Positions 51,220-64,000 of a stretch of DNA of 64,000 bases are shown piece by piece (the stretch's first letter is position 1; each line of letters begins with the position of its first letter). The notes beneath the pieces are model-generated. The model was given only the letters and a program-made list of their open reading frames with translations, was not told where the DNA came from and ran no database searches. A program made the translations under genes and the position numbers. Source of the DNA: Octopus vulgaris (lineage: Eukaryota); NCBI GenBank assembly GCA_951406725.2, contig OX597826.1, positions 34,348,001 through 34,412,000 on the forward strand, given 5' to 3'.

Positions 51220-53404
51220 TCATGGAGAAGAACGATATTTTCCCCATTGAACAAAAAGGGTGCCGCCGAGGCTCTTACGGATGCAAAGATCAACTGCTAA
51301 TCAATCGTATGATCCTTGAGAACTGTCACAACAAGCGCAGAAATCTCAGCACCGCATGGATTGACTATAAAAAGGCCTTCGACAGTATACCGCATCCATG
51401 GATCTTGAGATCGCTGGACATCTTTAAAATTTCCCCTGTGATTTCAAACTTCCTGAAGCACAATATGTCGTTGTGGAATACGAATCTCCAATTATACCAC
51501 TCTAATGGAGTACTTGCCTCAGAAAATATAAACATCAACTGTGGAATTTTTCAAGGTGACTCACTTTCACCTTTAATATTCTGCATAGCCCTAATACCCC
51601 TTACAAGTGAATTAAACAGAACAGGGTATGGGTATAAAATTGCCAATAAAAAAATAAGCCATCTATTTTATATGGATGACTTAAAACTTTATGGTAAAGA
51701 CAATAATGAACTTGAAGGCCTATTGCGCACAGTGAAAGCATTCAGCGATGACATCGGGATGGAGTTTGGACTTGAGAAGTGTGCCAAGGCCACTTTCCAG
51801 AAAGGGAAAGTGAAGACCACAAATTCAGTCGTGTTAGATGTTGACACAGTCATAAGAGAGCTTGAGCAAGAACAGACATACAAATATTTAGGGATAAATG
51901 AAGGCTCTGGTATTCAGCATGCAAGCATGAAAGAGAAAATCAGGAAGGAATGTTATAGGAGAGTTCGTGCAGTCCTGAAATCTGAACTAAATGCACGTAA
52001 CAAGGTGTTAGCTATAAATTCCTTAGCAGTTCCAGTTGTTACTTATAGCTACAATGTGTTGAACTGGAATATGAGTGAAGTAAAGAATATAGATAGAAAA
52101 ATACGCAAGCTGCTGAGTTGTAATAGGATGCACCACCCAAAGGCAGACGTAGATCGCCTTTACCTTCCCAGAGCCCAAGGAGGTCGAGGCCTGATCCAAT
52201 TTGAAATAGCTTACAAAACAACCACAACTGGACTGGCCAAATATCTCGAAATATCGAATGACTGGATGCTAAAGCTCGTGGAAAATCACGAGAGACGAAA
52301 GAAGCTTCATTCTATCATCAAGGAAAGCAAAACATTTGCTATTGATCTCGTGCAGGATACCCAAACTGAACAACCCGAGGGAAGTACGGCAACTATTGTT
52401 GCAAAGAAGGTGAAAATGATGGCAATGAAAAAAGCGCACGAGCAATTGGCTGATAGGTGGGAGGAGAAACCTCTGCACGGCAAATATGTGACCCGCAGCA
52501 AACAAGCTGATGTTGACCAGAAGCAAACCCATCAGTGGCTGCGGAGCTCAGGGCTAAAAGCAGAGAGCGAAGGTTTCATCCTGGCTGCTCAAGACCAAAG
52601 CCTATTAACCCGGAACTACCAGGCCAATGTGATGAAAAATGGAGCAGACCCAAAATGCCGATTCTGCAACGACATGATTGAAACAGTGGACCACCTAATC
52701 TCTGGATGTAAAGTCTTAGCACCAGTGGAGTATAAATTAAGACATGACAGAGTTGGCCAATATCTCCACTGGCTAATAAGTCGGCATTACAATATCAAAA
52801 CTGCCGACAAGTGGTATAATCACCACCCTGAGGCTGTAACTGAAGGAGAAAATGTAACCATTCTGTGGGACTTTCCAGTACATACAGACCGAACCATCAA
52901 GGCCAATAAACCAGATATTGTTGTGAAAGACCAAAACAATAAAGTTTGCTTATTGATCGACATGAGCATCCCCTGTGATCATAATATCTCAGCGAAAGAG
53001 TTTGACAAGCTCAGAAAATATAAAGACCTACTCATTGAAATTGAGAAAATGTGGCATCTCAAGGCGGTTACAATACCAGTGATCGTAGGAGCACTAGGAA
53101 TGATCAAGAAGGGAACCGAAAATTATATGAGAATGATCCCTGGCTTACCATCCCTGCAAGAAGTGCAAAAGATTGTCTTAACTGGTACATCACACGTATT
53201 GAGAAGAGCATTGTCGATGTGAGAACTGTTGCTGCTCATGTATTTTAATTTAACTTTAAAAAAAAAAAAAAAAAAAAAAATGAACGAACTACTGAGTTTG
53301 GTTTAATGGCCTACCAATATACACTATGAGTTTCTTTGCCCTAGGAGTCGGGAAGACACTCGGCAAGAAATGGAAGAAAATTTGAAAGAAGAAAAAAAAA
53401 AAAG
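51220..53404 (+). mobile_element. 5'-truncated R4/Dong LINE (family A, copy 2) in (TAA)n
   Basis: Nearly identical to 13830-15845 but retains the 152-bp and 18-bp segments missing there. Confidence 0.95.
51222..53222 (+). CDS. uninterrupted 666-aa R4/Dong RT-CCHC-RLE frame lacking the N-terminus and early RT motifs
   Basis: From MEKNDIFPIEQKG through YMDD, YKYLGI, CCHC and PD..D/ExK to RRALSM with no stops. Confidence 0.85.
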   Translation: MEKNDIFPIEQKGCRRGSYGCKDQLLINRMILENCHNKRRNLSTAWIDYKKAFDSIPHPWILRSLDIFKISPVISNFLKHNMSLWNTNLQLYHSNGVLASENININCGIFQGDSLSPLIFCIALIPLTSELNRTGYGYKIANKKISHLFYMDDLKLYGKDNNELEGLLRTVKAFSDDIGMEFGLEKCAKATFQKGKVKTTNSVVLDVDTVIRELEQEQTYKYLGINEGSGIQHASMKEKIRKECYRRVRAVLKSELNARNKVLAINSLAVPVVTYSYNVLNWNMSEVKNIDRKIRKLLSCNRMHHPKADVDRLYLPRAQGGRGLIQFEIAYKTTTTGLAKYLEISNDWMLKLVENHERRKKLHSIIKESKTFAIDLVQDTQTEQPEGSTATIVAKKVKMMAMKKAHEQLADRWEEKPLHGKYVTRSKQADVDQKQTHQWLRSSGLKAESEGFILAAQDQSLLTRNYQANVMKNGADPKCRFCNDMIETVDHLISGCKVLAPVEYKLRHDRVGQYLHWLISRHYNIKTADKWYNHHPEAVTEGENVTILWDFPVHTDRTIKANKPDIVVKDQNNKVCLLIDMSIPCDHNISAKEFDKLRKYKDLLIEIEKMWHLKAVTIPVIVGALGMIKKGTENYMRMIPGLPSLQEVQKIVLTGTSHVLRRALSM

Positions 53405-53449
53405 TAATAATAATGATAATAAATAATAATAATAATGATAATAATAATG

Positions 53450-53504
<55 letters not shown>

Positions 53505-53545
53505 TGATGATGATGATGATGATAATAACAACAACAACAACAACA

Positions 53546-53872
53546 ATGAAATTAAGGCCGATTGGTGGGATATAGTTACCAGAAATCACAAAGAAAAAAA
53601 TGCTTTCTCATCGATGTATCAATACCAAGAGATGACAATGTTTTTCAAAAAGAAACGGTGAAACTGAAATATTTTGAAAAGATCTGGAAATAGAGGTAAC
53701 TTGAATGTCGTGTCTAAAAACAGAAGCAATTTTTATCATAATAGGTGCATTAGGTATGATAAAAATATATTCAGACAAATGCATAAGAAAAACAACAGGA
53801 CTAACAAGTATATATAACATACAGAAAATAGCACTACTAGGCACCGCACACAACCTACGTAAAACACTTTCA
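53546..53872 (+). mobile_element. degenerate family-B R4/Dong RLE fragment
   Basis: DNA aligns to 15968-16290 (gaaattaaggcc..gcactactaggcac). Confidence 0.85.
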
Positions 53873-56800
53873 GTCGGAATACACAATGATATAAGCAATT
53901 TTAACGATTTTCTCCCTACTTATATACTCATAAAGTTAGAAAATCCGGGGTGAAATAAAGAATAAAATTTTACAAAAAAGGAAATCACCAGTATAGAATG
54001 GATGAGTGGATGAGTAAATTAAAGCATAGAATATACACTGTACGTAGCAGAATAAATGATATAAGCCGCTTGAGAATAGATAGATATTCCGAAGAACTTA
54101 CGAAATACCTATGATGTATGGTGTGCAAGTACGAGAGAAACAATGATCAAACGTGATAAGTCACGCAGTGAAATGCCTGAAGCAAAACCAAAAACGAAAA
54201 AAAAAAATGTTTTAAATAACAGATTTAAAATTTATAGGTTTATAGAAAAACACGTTTCTCTTAAATCTAAACCCTTTGAAAATATCTCGCGAATATTTTA
54301 TGCGACGATATGCAGTAAAAAAAGAAATGATGTAAGATATACACAACGAAAAAATCAGAAGCATGTTTGAAACACATTATTGAGACTAATGTAAGTAAAA
54401 GTTTAATAGCTGGCTTGAACTACTTACAGTAACAATAGAAGTGAAAACATTACCCATATTGCATTGCAGTATCTGATTCGACAATTGCATTAAACAGCTT
54501 CGGCGACTTGAAAATTTCTGGCAGTGATTCACGTTTAGTGGTTGTCATTTGACATATTGCACTGGCAGACATTTACCTGATCTACCATCTTAAACAACAG
54601 AGATATTTCCTTAATGGTAGAAAAGCTCCGACACACATGAAATCAACTAACGCTAACCGACTACTTCCTATCCAACTACTACTTAACTATTTCCTGTCCA
54701 ACTACTACCTCAACACCTATCTGTAGTAAATGTTGACATTGCTGTTCGAAACGTTATCGACATATTTACTCTGAATATCTTAATCTTAACCAAACGGATT
54801 CATGGTACACATATGTGATACCAACTTTTAAAACCCTACACGATAGTTGATTTACTGTGCCTCCAAAAGATCTCAAAAAGTAACAGAAATACAAAGTAAA
54901 TCCTATCTCATTTCAGTGATAAGCCAGATAAAAGTTTAACTTTGTTTCTTACTCACAGCAGAAGCTACTGTATACTGTATACTTCTGATGATGTTTGTCG
55001 ATACTGAAAACTGGTAGTATTACCAAACGACTAGGCAATTATTACTTCTGGATTATTCTGTATTAAACTGAATATATTTCACAATGTTTGCTTTTTAGAT
55101 ACTAGAATATAATTCTATAAATGAGATTTAACACGAGTCTCTAAAGTAAATAAAATTTCATATTCTTGGACTTGGCTTGGTCCACGTCTGCTAACACAAG
55201 CTGTGAGAGGACATGCCTGGCAAATAATGTCCTTTCATAGGCACCGATCGAAACGTCGGTTTCTGTCAGCGCGGAACCAAATATGACGTATGCTAACTTT
55301 CATACAAAGGATGCCGGCTGCAGAAATAATCTACATACTTCTGCTGATGACCATATTTGCCCTTTAGCTCTCTTGCTCTTAACTTCAATTTAGTTCACAA
55401 TATATGCAACAACGAGTCCAAGGGTTACTTTTATAAAGATATTATAAGCATCATTATTACTACTACTCTTACCAACAAAACATTCTCACGTCTAACGTTG
55501 TTACACTTTTCCCCTGCGTCTTCCTAATCTTGCCCCTCCTCAACATCACTATCATCAACTGCAGCACCATCGTCGGTGTCCATTCTAGTCGTCGTCTTAT
55601 TTATTTCTACCACAACACCCACAAACAACACCACTAGCTACATCGTGAACATGATGGTCATCCTCCCTACCAATATCACCTCCACCACCATCATATTCAG
55701 CTTCCCCATATCAGTCTTCTATCTCTAAATCCCATTAGATTCTTTTCTCTATCTCTTTATCTGACCTTTGTTTGGCACATTTTCATCATTCATGTATGTC
55801 TTCCATCGCTCAGTTTATCACTCTGTCTATCTCTCAGGCCTATTACACTTTTACGATCTCTTTCACACTTCTATATATCCTACCATTTTATCCTATCTAT
55901 GTCACTCTCATCTTCTCTGATAATCCTCTTGTATCTTCTAAATGTTAATCTCTCTCTATCTCTCTCACTTTCCCAGTCTCTTTTCCACATTTTCACAACC
56001 CCCATCCATGCACCTCTGTTCAACGACTTTTTCGTATTTTCTTTTTATTTACTTGAGTTTTCTTTATTTTCAGAATTTAAATTTAAAAGAAGTATACGCC
56101 AGAATTTTCCTTACATTATTTTATAATCTGATTAATTTAACAAAATCAGATCCTATGCTTTCATTGAAATATTGCAATATCACAATGCTAGGCATCTGTC
56201 AGTTTTCAAATAACAATATTGTATCTGCTAAATCAGGTTAATGGTACTGAATATATGAAGTATCATCTCTATGTGACACATCACCCAAATTAACATGACA
56301 AGATGAACATATATATTTCTATACTTTGCTATCTCACCTTTAGACATATTGCTCAAGATGGCCGTGTTTAAAGCCACGCTAATCAGATTAGTCATTTTAG
56401 GCAGACTCGTCTTCTCCATAACAACAGAAGCCCATTGGATTTGAGGCTGGCTCTCCGTCAGTCTTTGTTAAATACGGAAAGCTACGATGGCGGTAATTTG
56501 TAGTGTCATGAAAGGAAAACATTTACTGTAAAACTATCTCTTGCATTTAGACTCAAGAGAAACTGATTTTGTTGTGATAGGTATGTTGCAGGTAAGTGAA
56601 TTAGTATCAAATACCAGTACGTAACTCTGTGATATCCACTCTATTATTAATGGCATATTTTAGCGGAATTCGAAATGATTTCCCCTACAAATCAGTTTCT
56701 TTCATTATTAAGGTATTCTGCAAGCTGAAGGTTAGAGCCTTTACGGTAATTCTTCTTGAAAGTCCAAATCCAATTAGAATGCTGACACTAAGTTAATGAA

Positions 56801-57307
56801 TCCCATATTTCTAAGAAAGGCTGGCTAGTATAAATATCCAAGGTTGTGGAGCACTTCATATTATGCAGCATACACAGATTTATTTAGTTGTGTAAATTTA
56901 AGACATTCCTGTTAACAATTTTTAAATACCTTTTGTGATTCTCATTCTGTTTGGTTCCATCATTAGAATTAAATTTTTTTCTAAATAGCTATTTCCTATA
57001 ATTTAAAAGTTAATTTTATATACAAAACCGTACGTCTTTAAAAATGTAGGTGAAATTATCGAATTAAAGAACGGATGGCATATAACCAAAAGCAAATTCT
57101 TTGCTATACGAAAATTTTTCAAATTCTTTTTCTATTCAAAACGCTTATTTGAGAAAGAACAGATCTACGACTATTTGGATATTTTATAGAGAGTATTAAC
57201 AGAAGAATTCAGAAGGTATCAATGCTTAAAGTAATAGACATTACAGCTGTCGATGACTGTAGCGATTATGGAGAGTGTGATGCTGCTGCTGATATTAGTA
57301 ATGATGA

Positions 57308-57342
<35 letters not shown>

Positions 57343-57893
57343 ACAAGGACGCAATGACGACAACAATGTTGATGATGATTGCGATGTCGATGATGATGAT
57401 GTGTTGGTGGTGACGACGATGACGACGACGACGCCAAATATGATGACGTTGAAAAAGGATGCTGCTAAAGGCGATGACGATGGTGATGTTGACAAAACCC
57501 ACAACGATAATGAGTACCATGCTGGTGTGAACGACGACGACGACGGCGATGTTGATGATTGAAATTGATGACGATGATCACGACGGCGATGATGACGAAG
57601 ATGAGAGTAATGATGAAATGGTCAGTGAAGATTCTGATAAAGAAGCTAAACAAAGTATCATTGAAAAAATACAGGATGGTGGAAAATATGTGAATGTTTT
57701 AGTCTCCATATTGTGACAAAGTCTTCTATAATTACAGATGATAATACTATAATGTGTAGCCAAAACGTATACTCATGTTTTACGTGTTTTAAATGCTGTT
57801 TTACGTGTTTGTAGATACGGTCATTTAGAATAGTCATCAAAGTTACTGTGCACTCTCCTTCATATATATTCATATATGTATATCTATCTATAT

Positions 57894-57925
<32 letters not shown>

Positions 57926-57959
57926 GTATACACACACGCACACATGTATATATATAGAT

Positions 57960-58032
57960 GTCATGCAGTAGGACTGAACCCAGAACCATGGGATAGGAAA
58001 GCAACGTTCTTACCACCTAGGCACGCCTGTGC
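57960..58032 (-). mobile_element. SINE head fragment (30757-type)
   Basis: Reverse complement gcacaggcgtgcctaggtggtaag..atggttctgggttcagtcc. Confidence 0.55.
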
Positions 58033-58076
58033 TTATGTCTTTCTAGCTATCTAATCTATATGCATATATACGTGTG

Positions 58077-58116
<40 letters not shown>

Positions 58117-58850
58117 TGTTGGTAGATATGTAAACACATACACACATATATAAACCCCAACACAGACATATATCAGTGGTAGGTGCTGACGGTTTTATTT
58201 ACTTGTCAACTCACGTTAGACTACACTCGAGGCCACAAGTTTCTTCACTGAAAGGGAACCCGATAACTAAAACCGTTTTACACTAAATATCTTTTGCTTA
58301 TATTGCAACGAATTTTTTATACTTATGCTCTTTTATAGTGTATTTGTTTTAAATTTCCATTTGACATAATAGTGTATTTCTCAAATAATTATAGGCAATA
58401 AATCAATATTATTTCCGTTTAGTCTTATCTAACATAGCTGAGTTTTGAGTAAAGAAACAAAAGCAAAGAAAAATATACGAGAAGCTAGCAATTGAAACAT
58501 TTGTAAGGGTGTAAAATAAAGACAAACTAAATATATAAACACAACAGTTTATCTTGCCAATACATCAGGCGACCAAGAGAGTATGTCAGATAATAAAGGA
58601 AAAAAAAATATTTGTTCGACAACGGAGAGCTCCGAGATGTTAAATTATCTCTGAACAAACTGATAAGGTAATGAATTATAGCATGAAATATTAGGTAGTA
58701 TCTATCGCAAGAACAAACGTTTGTGATGTTTGAAATGAATATATCATGCAAAGTTCTAATGAAATAACGTAAGGTTTCATTACACCTTGATGATATTCAT
58801 TTTCAATTGTAATGTAGCTGCATAAACACAATCTATATGCACATACATTG

Positions 58851-58883
<33 letters not shown>

Positions 58884-59513
58884 ATGTGTGTGTATATGTG
58901 TGTGTGTGTGGGCGTGTTGAGTGCGTATTGTACGCTTGTGTATGGATAGAACTTTTACTGTAGAGCCACGGGTTTATAATTTTCAATGTAGTTCATCCAT
59001 GGAGATATTAATATATGAAATTTATCGAAATTAATTAAATGTCTGATACATTGCTTGCTGTGATTCTTACGGGACTTTTCCCTTTCTCTCCCTTTCGAAA
59101 GATTACAAATTTTCTCTTAGTATACTAGATTCCCTTCAATAAACCATAAACCATTCTCTGGTGGTCTAGAGGAAAAGAGAAAAATATATATTGGAATTAT
59201 TTCAAAATTATATTCGAAATTTCTCGGCATTTAACAGTCCTGACATGACCATCAGCACGTATATTTTTCACCTCTGTGATGTATTTAATCTTTAATATAT
59301 TTATAATTTTTTACATTTACGCAATAAATAGTGATGTGACTGTTACACACTGTTACACATTATACATTTGATCTCAGGTTTGTGTTGTTCGACTAACTTA
59401 ATACCTGCTGCTACCATCAATACAATACTTTTGCTACAAAACCACTAGTAGTAGTAGTAGTAGTAGTAGTCAAAAGAAAATTAGTTTTTACAGAAGATTT
59501 AATTCAGTGTGAT

Positions 59514-59600
59514 TTCTCGTATTTGTAACAATAATACAAAACATTAGCATCTCTCGTATTTGTAACAATAATCCAAAACATTAGCATCAATTTTCTCGTA
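59514..59600. repeat. ~37-bp tandem duplication
   Basis: tctcgtatttgtaacaataat(a/c)caaaacattagcatc twice, plus a partial third. Confidence 0.85.
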
Positions 59601-60084
59601 TAAATCTGATTTTTTCAATTACTTTTGAGTTAAAAATTAGTTTGCTTCCTGATATTGTGCTTGATGTATTTACTATAATGCTCTCATATTATGTGGGTGG
59701 TAATGTCTATATAACTGGTTGACATTTACCTATTAGAAAAGAGTGAAATATTATTCGTTAAACACTTGTGTCTCATACAGATCCAAGATGATTACTCAAC
59801 AAAAGAATCGAATGGCTTGCTTAAATTATCCAAATAGATAACCTCGTAGAAGAGACAAGAATAAATACGTTTGTGAAACTTAGCATAATTAGTCATTACC
59901 ATTATACAATTCCTTTCCTAGAGGTGCGATTATTAGATCCATTTGTTTGATATTTAATCAGCAACAATCTCCGAAGATACATTAATTTTATTGTTTCGAC
60001 ACAATTAGGAACATTGTTGTTTTGTAATTCTTAGGTTCTCAGAGCCGATACATATGCTAATTCTCGACATCGCTGATGATCGCT

Positions 60085-60500
60085 CCGGGCGATCTTAAAT
60101 CCTTGATATAGCAAATTCTGCCTCACAGATGGACTTCCCTTTTCCTAACGATAAATTCAAATTAGTAAACGGTACAGCGATGGGATTAAGCAAATAGATA
60201 TCCTAAACCATTGTGATTTAGCTGGACTGGTAACCGTTTGCAGTCATGCACTTCAGATTCACTCGTATCTCATACTCCATTATCGTTATCATTTTCTAGG
60301 AAGGCCCCCACAACAACACCTTTCCCCAGTCCTTCCTCTGCAGTTCGTTTCCTTTCTGCAAATGTTTCTCTTTCTTACATATTTTTTCCGCAGCCTTCAA
60401 ATATATTTTGCTCAGAAGAAACATCATCCTTGCCGTCCTCACCGGGTTAGGAGATTCTGCAAGCGTTATGCGGACGGCCACCTCCCACAGAGTATACTAG
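60085..60500 (+). mobile_element. Penelope-like RT remnant
   Basis: FCLT..FPFPNDKFKLVNGTAMG (motif 4), SAVRFLSANVSL (motif 7) and RVRRFC (thumb RLRRIC), in the correct order with frameshifts. Confidence 0.65.
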
Positions 60501-60988
60501 TAGCAACACATATGAACTATTTATGTTTTAAGATGTTGAGTCCTTGGATATTAAATAAAGTAGTTGTCAGTCAATAATTATATATTCAAGAATGTGAAAT
60601 CTCTGGCAATGTTTAAGTTCATGTATATTGAAAAAATCAGCAAAAGTTTGTTAAATTGCAATTCCAATGAGAAAATAAAGTTGGGTGAAGATGTATTTGA
60701 TATTCTAATAATTTTTAATGTTTCTGAAATAAAATAATAATGTACACAATATTATAAGTGCGTATATATTTGCACTCATACGTATCCATATATATGTGTG
60801 CATATGTATACATGTGTATATGTATGTGTATATGTATACATGTGTAACTGTTGTCTGCATTTATATCTGAGCACACGATGAAATTTTGTAAACCTTGGAA
60901 TTCGAACCTTGGACCTTACAGTGCAGCATGAAAAACCGTTTACCTGTTTAACTTAATATCATAATCTATAATTTCCTAATAATGTATG

Positions 60989-61027
<39 letters not shown>

Positions 61028-61166
61028 ATGTGTGTGTGTTTGAGTGTGTGTGTGTATGCATATATATATAATTTATCGATAACGCGAGTATATATATATT
61101 TGTATATGTATATATATAGGTGTGAATATATATCGATGTATATGTGTGCATATATGGATATGTATA

Positions 61167-61552
61167 TCTCTCTCTATATAAACGGCAGTTTGTCTGTGCG
61201 TGTTTCTGTGTGTCTGTTTGCTTGTACCCTCACCCTGACCACGGCTTTCAACCGATTCTGATGAAACTTGACACGCACATAGCCCAATGTCATAATTCAA
61301 AACTAACGCAGTGAAAATTTTGAAAAGTTCCCCCAGTTCTGAACAAAATCGATAAATTCGACATGGGGTCGAGAATCATAAACACAAACCACAAACTGTC
61401 TAGGGGACGCAACTCCACCATTTTAATAAAAAAAAAATAATTTACCATAATTTTTTTCCCATTTTTTTGCTACTTTTTTAGCTATAACTCTCTAAAAATG
61501 CTTTATAGTTATTTCCCTTACAAACCTGAGCAACGCCGGGCGATACTGCTAG
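61167..61552 (+). mobile_element. non-autonomous Helitron
   Basis: A|TC start (tctctctctatataaa), 3' end cctgagcaacgccgggcgatactgCTAG|T shared with 44548-44935. Confidence 0.9.
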
Positions 61553-62052
61553 TGTGTATATAAAAAGGAGGGTGTATGTGTTGTGTGTATAAATACGTGT
61601 ATGAGTGTATATATTTATATATGAGTATATGTATGTGTATATGTGTATATATGTATGTGTATGTATATGCATGTGTCTGTGTGTATATATTTTATATATA
61701 TCTGTACATGCATATGTACATGTATATATGCGTATATGTGTATGTATGTATGTATATCTATCTATCTATCTATATATATATATATTTATACACACACATA
61801 TATATATATATATGTATGTGTATGTATATCTTCAAGTTTTATCATCTTAATCTATATGATAACGTATAATTTGGAAAATTACTGTTTTAGTGGATTAATT
61901 CAGAATATTCTTAAATATTTCTATGTGAATTCTTGTAGTTTCTGTAGAATACATCATTAATAATTTAATATCAATTGCAAATTGTAAATAAGATATCTTC
62001 ATTATACTAAATAATTATATGTATAAATACATGTGTTTAATTTATTAATAGA

Positions 62053-62297
<245 letters not shown>

Positions 62298-62732
62298 AAT
62301 TAATAATTTTATTTGACTTACTCAATTTAATAACCACTATTATAATTCTTATTGCAATGTATTGTTATAGCTTGTATTCTTATTGCAACAATATAATTTT
62401 GTTACTTGTGAAAGAAGGAATAAAATTTGGATATGTGCTATTTATGCTCCTGTATCTAAAAAAAAATATTATTGACTAGATCTTATCGTGGATCGGTACT
62501 CAGACCTAGTCTTTGCTTATCTTTATTTTATTGACTGTGTTTTCCCTTCCATACTATACGTATATAACGACATCTACTTGTTATTTACTGTGAATAATCC
62601 TTATTCAAGTAACTTTAAATTTCGTCACTTCTGAAAAAAAGCAATATTTTGATATCCATTATTGTAGCCTAAATCTATATCTATGGGGTAATAAAGGTTC
62701 TTGTTATTGTAGCTCTTTATATTTATTATGCA

Positions 62733-63117
62733 GTGGAGGCGCAATGGCCCAGTGGTTAGGGCAGCGGACTCGCGGTCATAGGATCGCTGTTTCGATTCTC
62801 AGACCGGGCGTTGTGAGTGTTTATTAAGCGAAAACACCTAAAGCTCCACGAGGCTCCGGCAGGGGATGGTGGTGATCCTTGCTGTACTCTTTCACCACAA
62901 CTTTCTCTCACTCTTACTTCCTGTTTCTGTTGTACCTGTATTTCAAAGGGCCGGCCTTGTCACTCTCTGTGTCACGCTGAATATCCCCGAGAACTGCGTT
63001 AAGGGTACACGTGTCTGTGGAGTGCTCAGCCACTTACACGTTAATTTCATGAGCAGGCTGTTCCGTTGATTCGGATCAACCGGAAACCTCGTCGTCGTAA
63101 CCGACGGAGTGCTTCCA
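62733..63117 (+). mobile_element. full-length tRNA-derived SINE (octopus OR-like) with 12-bp TSD
   Basis: Perfect TSD atttattatgca at 62721-62732 and 63118-63129; A-box tggcccagtggttagg, B-box gtttcgattc. Confidence 0.92.
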
Positions 63118-63496
63118 ATTTATTATGCAATTCTCCCTCTGATAAACTAAGTAAATAATGTACATTCTTTTGTTAGTTACTTTTTTCATCAATAACTTTA
63201 AATAAAAGAGAGAAGTCGTTATATATTACCAATATAATACTATATTATCATTTATTTTTATTTACAAGGTTTTATTACAGTCTCTGATACTTAATTTATA
63301 TATTTATATATTGTTATTTTATGTTATAATAGCCAAATATTGTCTTCGACCTAAACGGATTTCGATTGATGTTACTTGCGATATATAGAAACATGTTTTA
63401 ATAGTTGTAGATTCTATTTACATAATTAGTTCGTCCGTTCTCATATAGTAGTTTTAATTTTTAAATTTTAATTATGTAGTTGAAAAGGTATATATT

Positions 63497-63528
<32 letters not shown>

Positions 63529-63786
63529 AGTGTGTGTGTGTGTGTGTGTATGTGAGTGTGTGTATTTACATATATGTGTGTGTGTTTATATATAACACGC
63601 ATATACATATATTTGACTCTTGTTTCCAGCAAATTAGGTGCTACCCTGCACGCTCAGTCACTACTAGTGAAAAGTGAAGTCTTGCTTTTTGTTTTATATA
63701 TAACCTTCATACACGCACACACACACACATATATATATATAGGGGAATAAGATTAGTGATATATACAAATCAAATTTACACACATG

Positions 63787-63853
<67 letters not shown>

Positions 63854-64000
63854 TTTATATATAGAGGGGCATTATTACACATACATCCCACACGCTAAGA
63901 GGGACATTAGTCATTTCTAAAAAATTTTACTAATCATACCCAATGCAATTTTTCCAAAGCAAGACATTTAAAAATGAATTTAGTCTTGTATCACCTGTGA

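Noticed and set aside
60072-60095. CTGATGA followed by a hairpin as a hammerhead
   Set aside because: No GAAA box or stems I/III
62733-62806. tRNA gene (also 45181-45251 and 60890-60960)
   Set aside because: No complete cloverleaf or acceptor stem; continuous with SINE bodies or fragmentary

Overview
AT-rich eukaryotic DNA saturated with microsatellites ((TA)n, (CA)n, (AAT)n, (ACT)n, (AG)n). Repeat content and SINE types point to a cephalopod, most likely Octopus (inference, not a database match). No host protein-coding gene can be supported; at most there are two or three candidate micro-exons, so this is probably a large intron or intergenic DNA. The only long ORFs belong to R4/Dong-clade non-LTR retrotransposons (Myb-like N-terminus, YMDD RT, CCHC knuckle, restriction-like endonuclease). 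These are stacked head-to-tail in (TAA)n arrays in two clusters (about 11.4-17.4 kb and 49.3-53.9 kb). Two very similar copies have complementary defects and together reconstruct a 1229-aa ORF. The window also holds Penelope-like (PLE) remnants, mariner remnants, three non-autonomous Helitrons, an RTE 3' end and many tRNA-derived SINEs. The most unusual signals are minimal type-I hammerhead ribozyme motifs. One is in an element with a tRNA-like Pol III head, an internal (TAA)n and a hammerhead tail, present as an inverted pair (44.95-45.5 kb; candidate Penelope-mobilised SINE or retrozyme). Two more sit in a perfect 441-bp palindrome (31379-31819). All alignments and folds were done by eye, and boundaries of degenerate elements are approximate.
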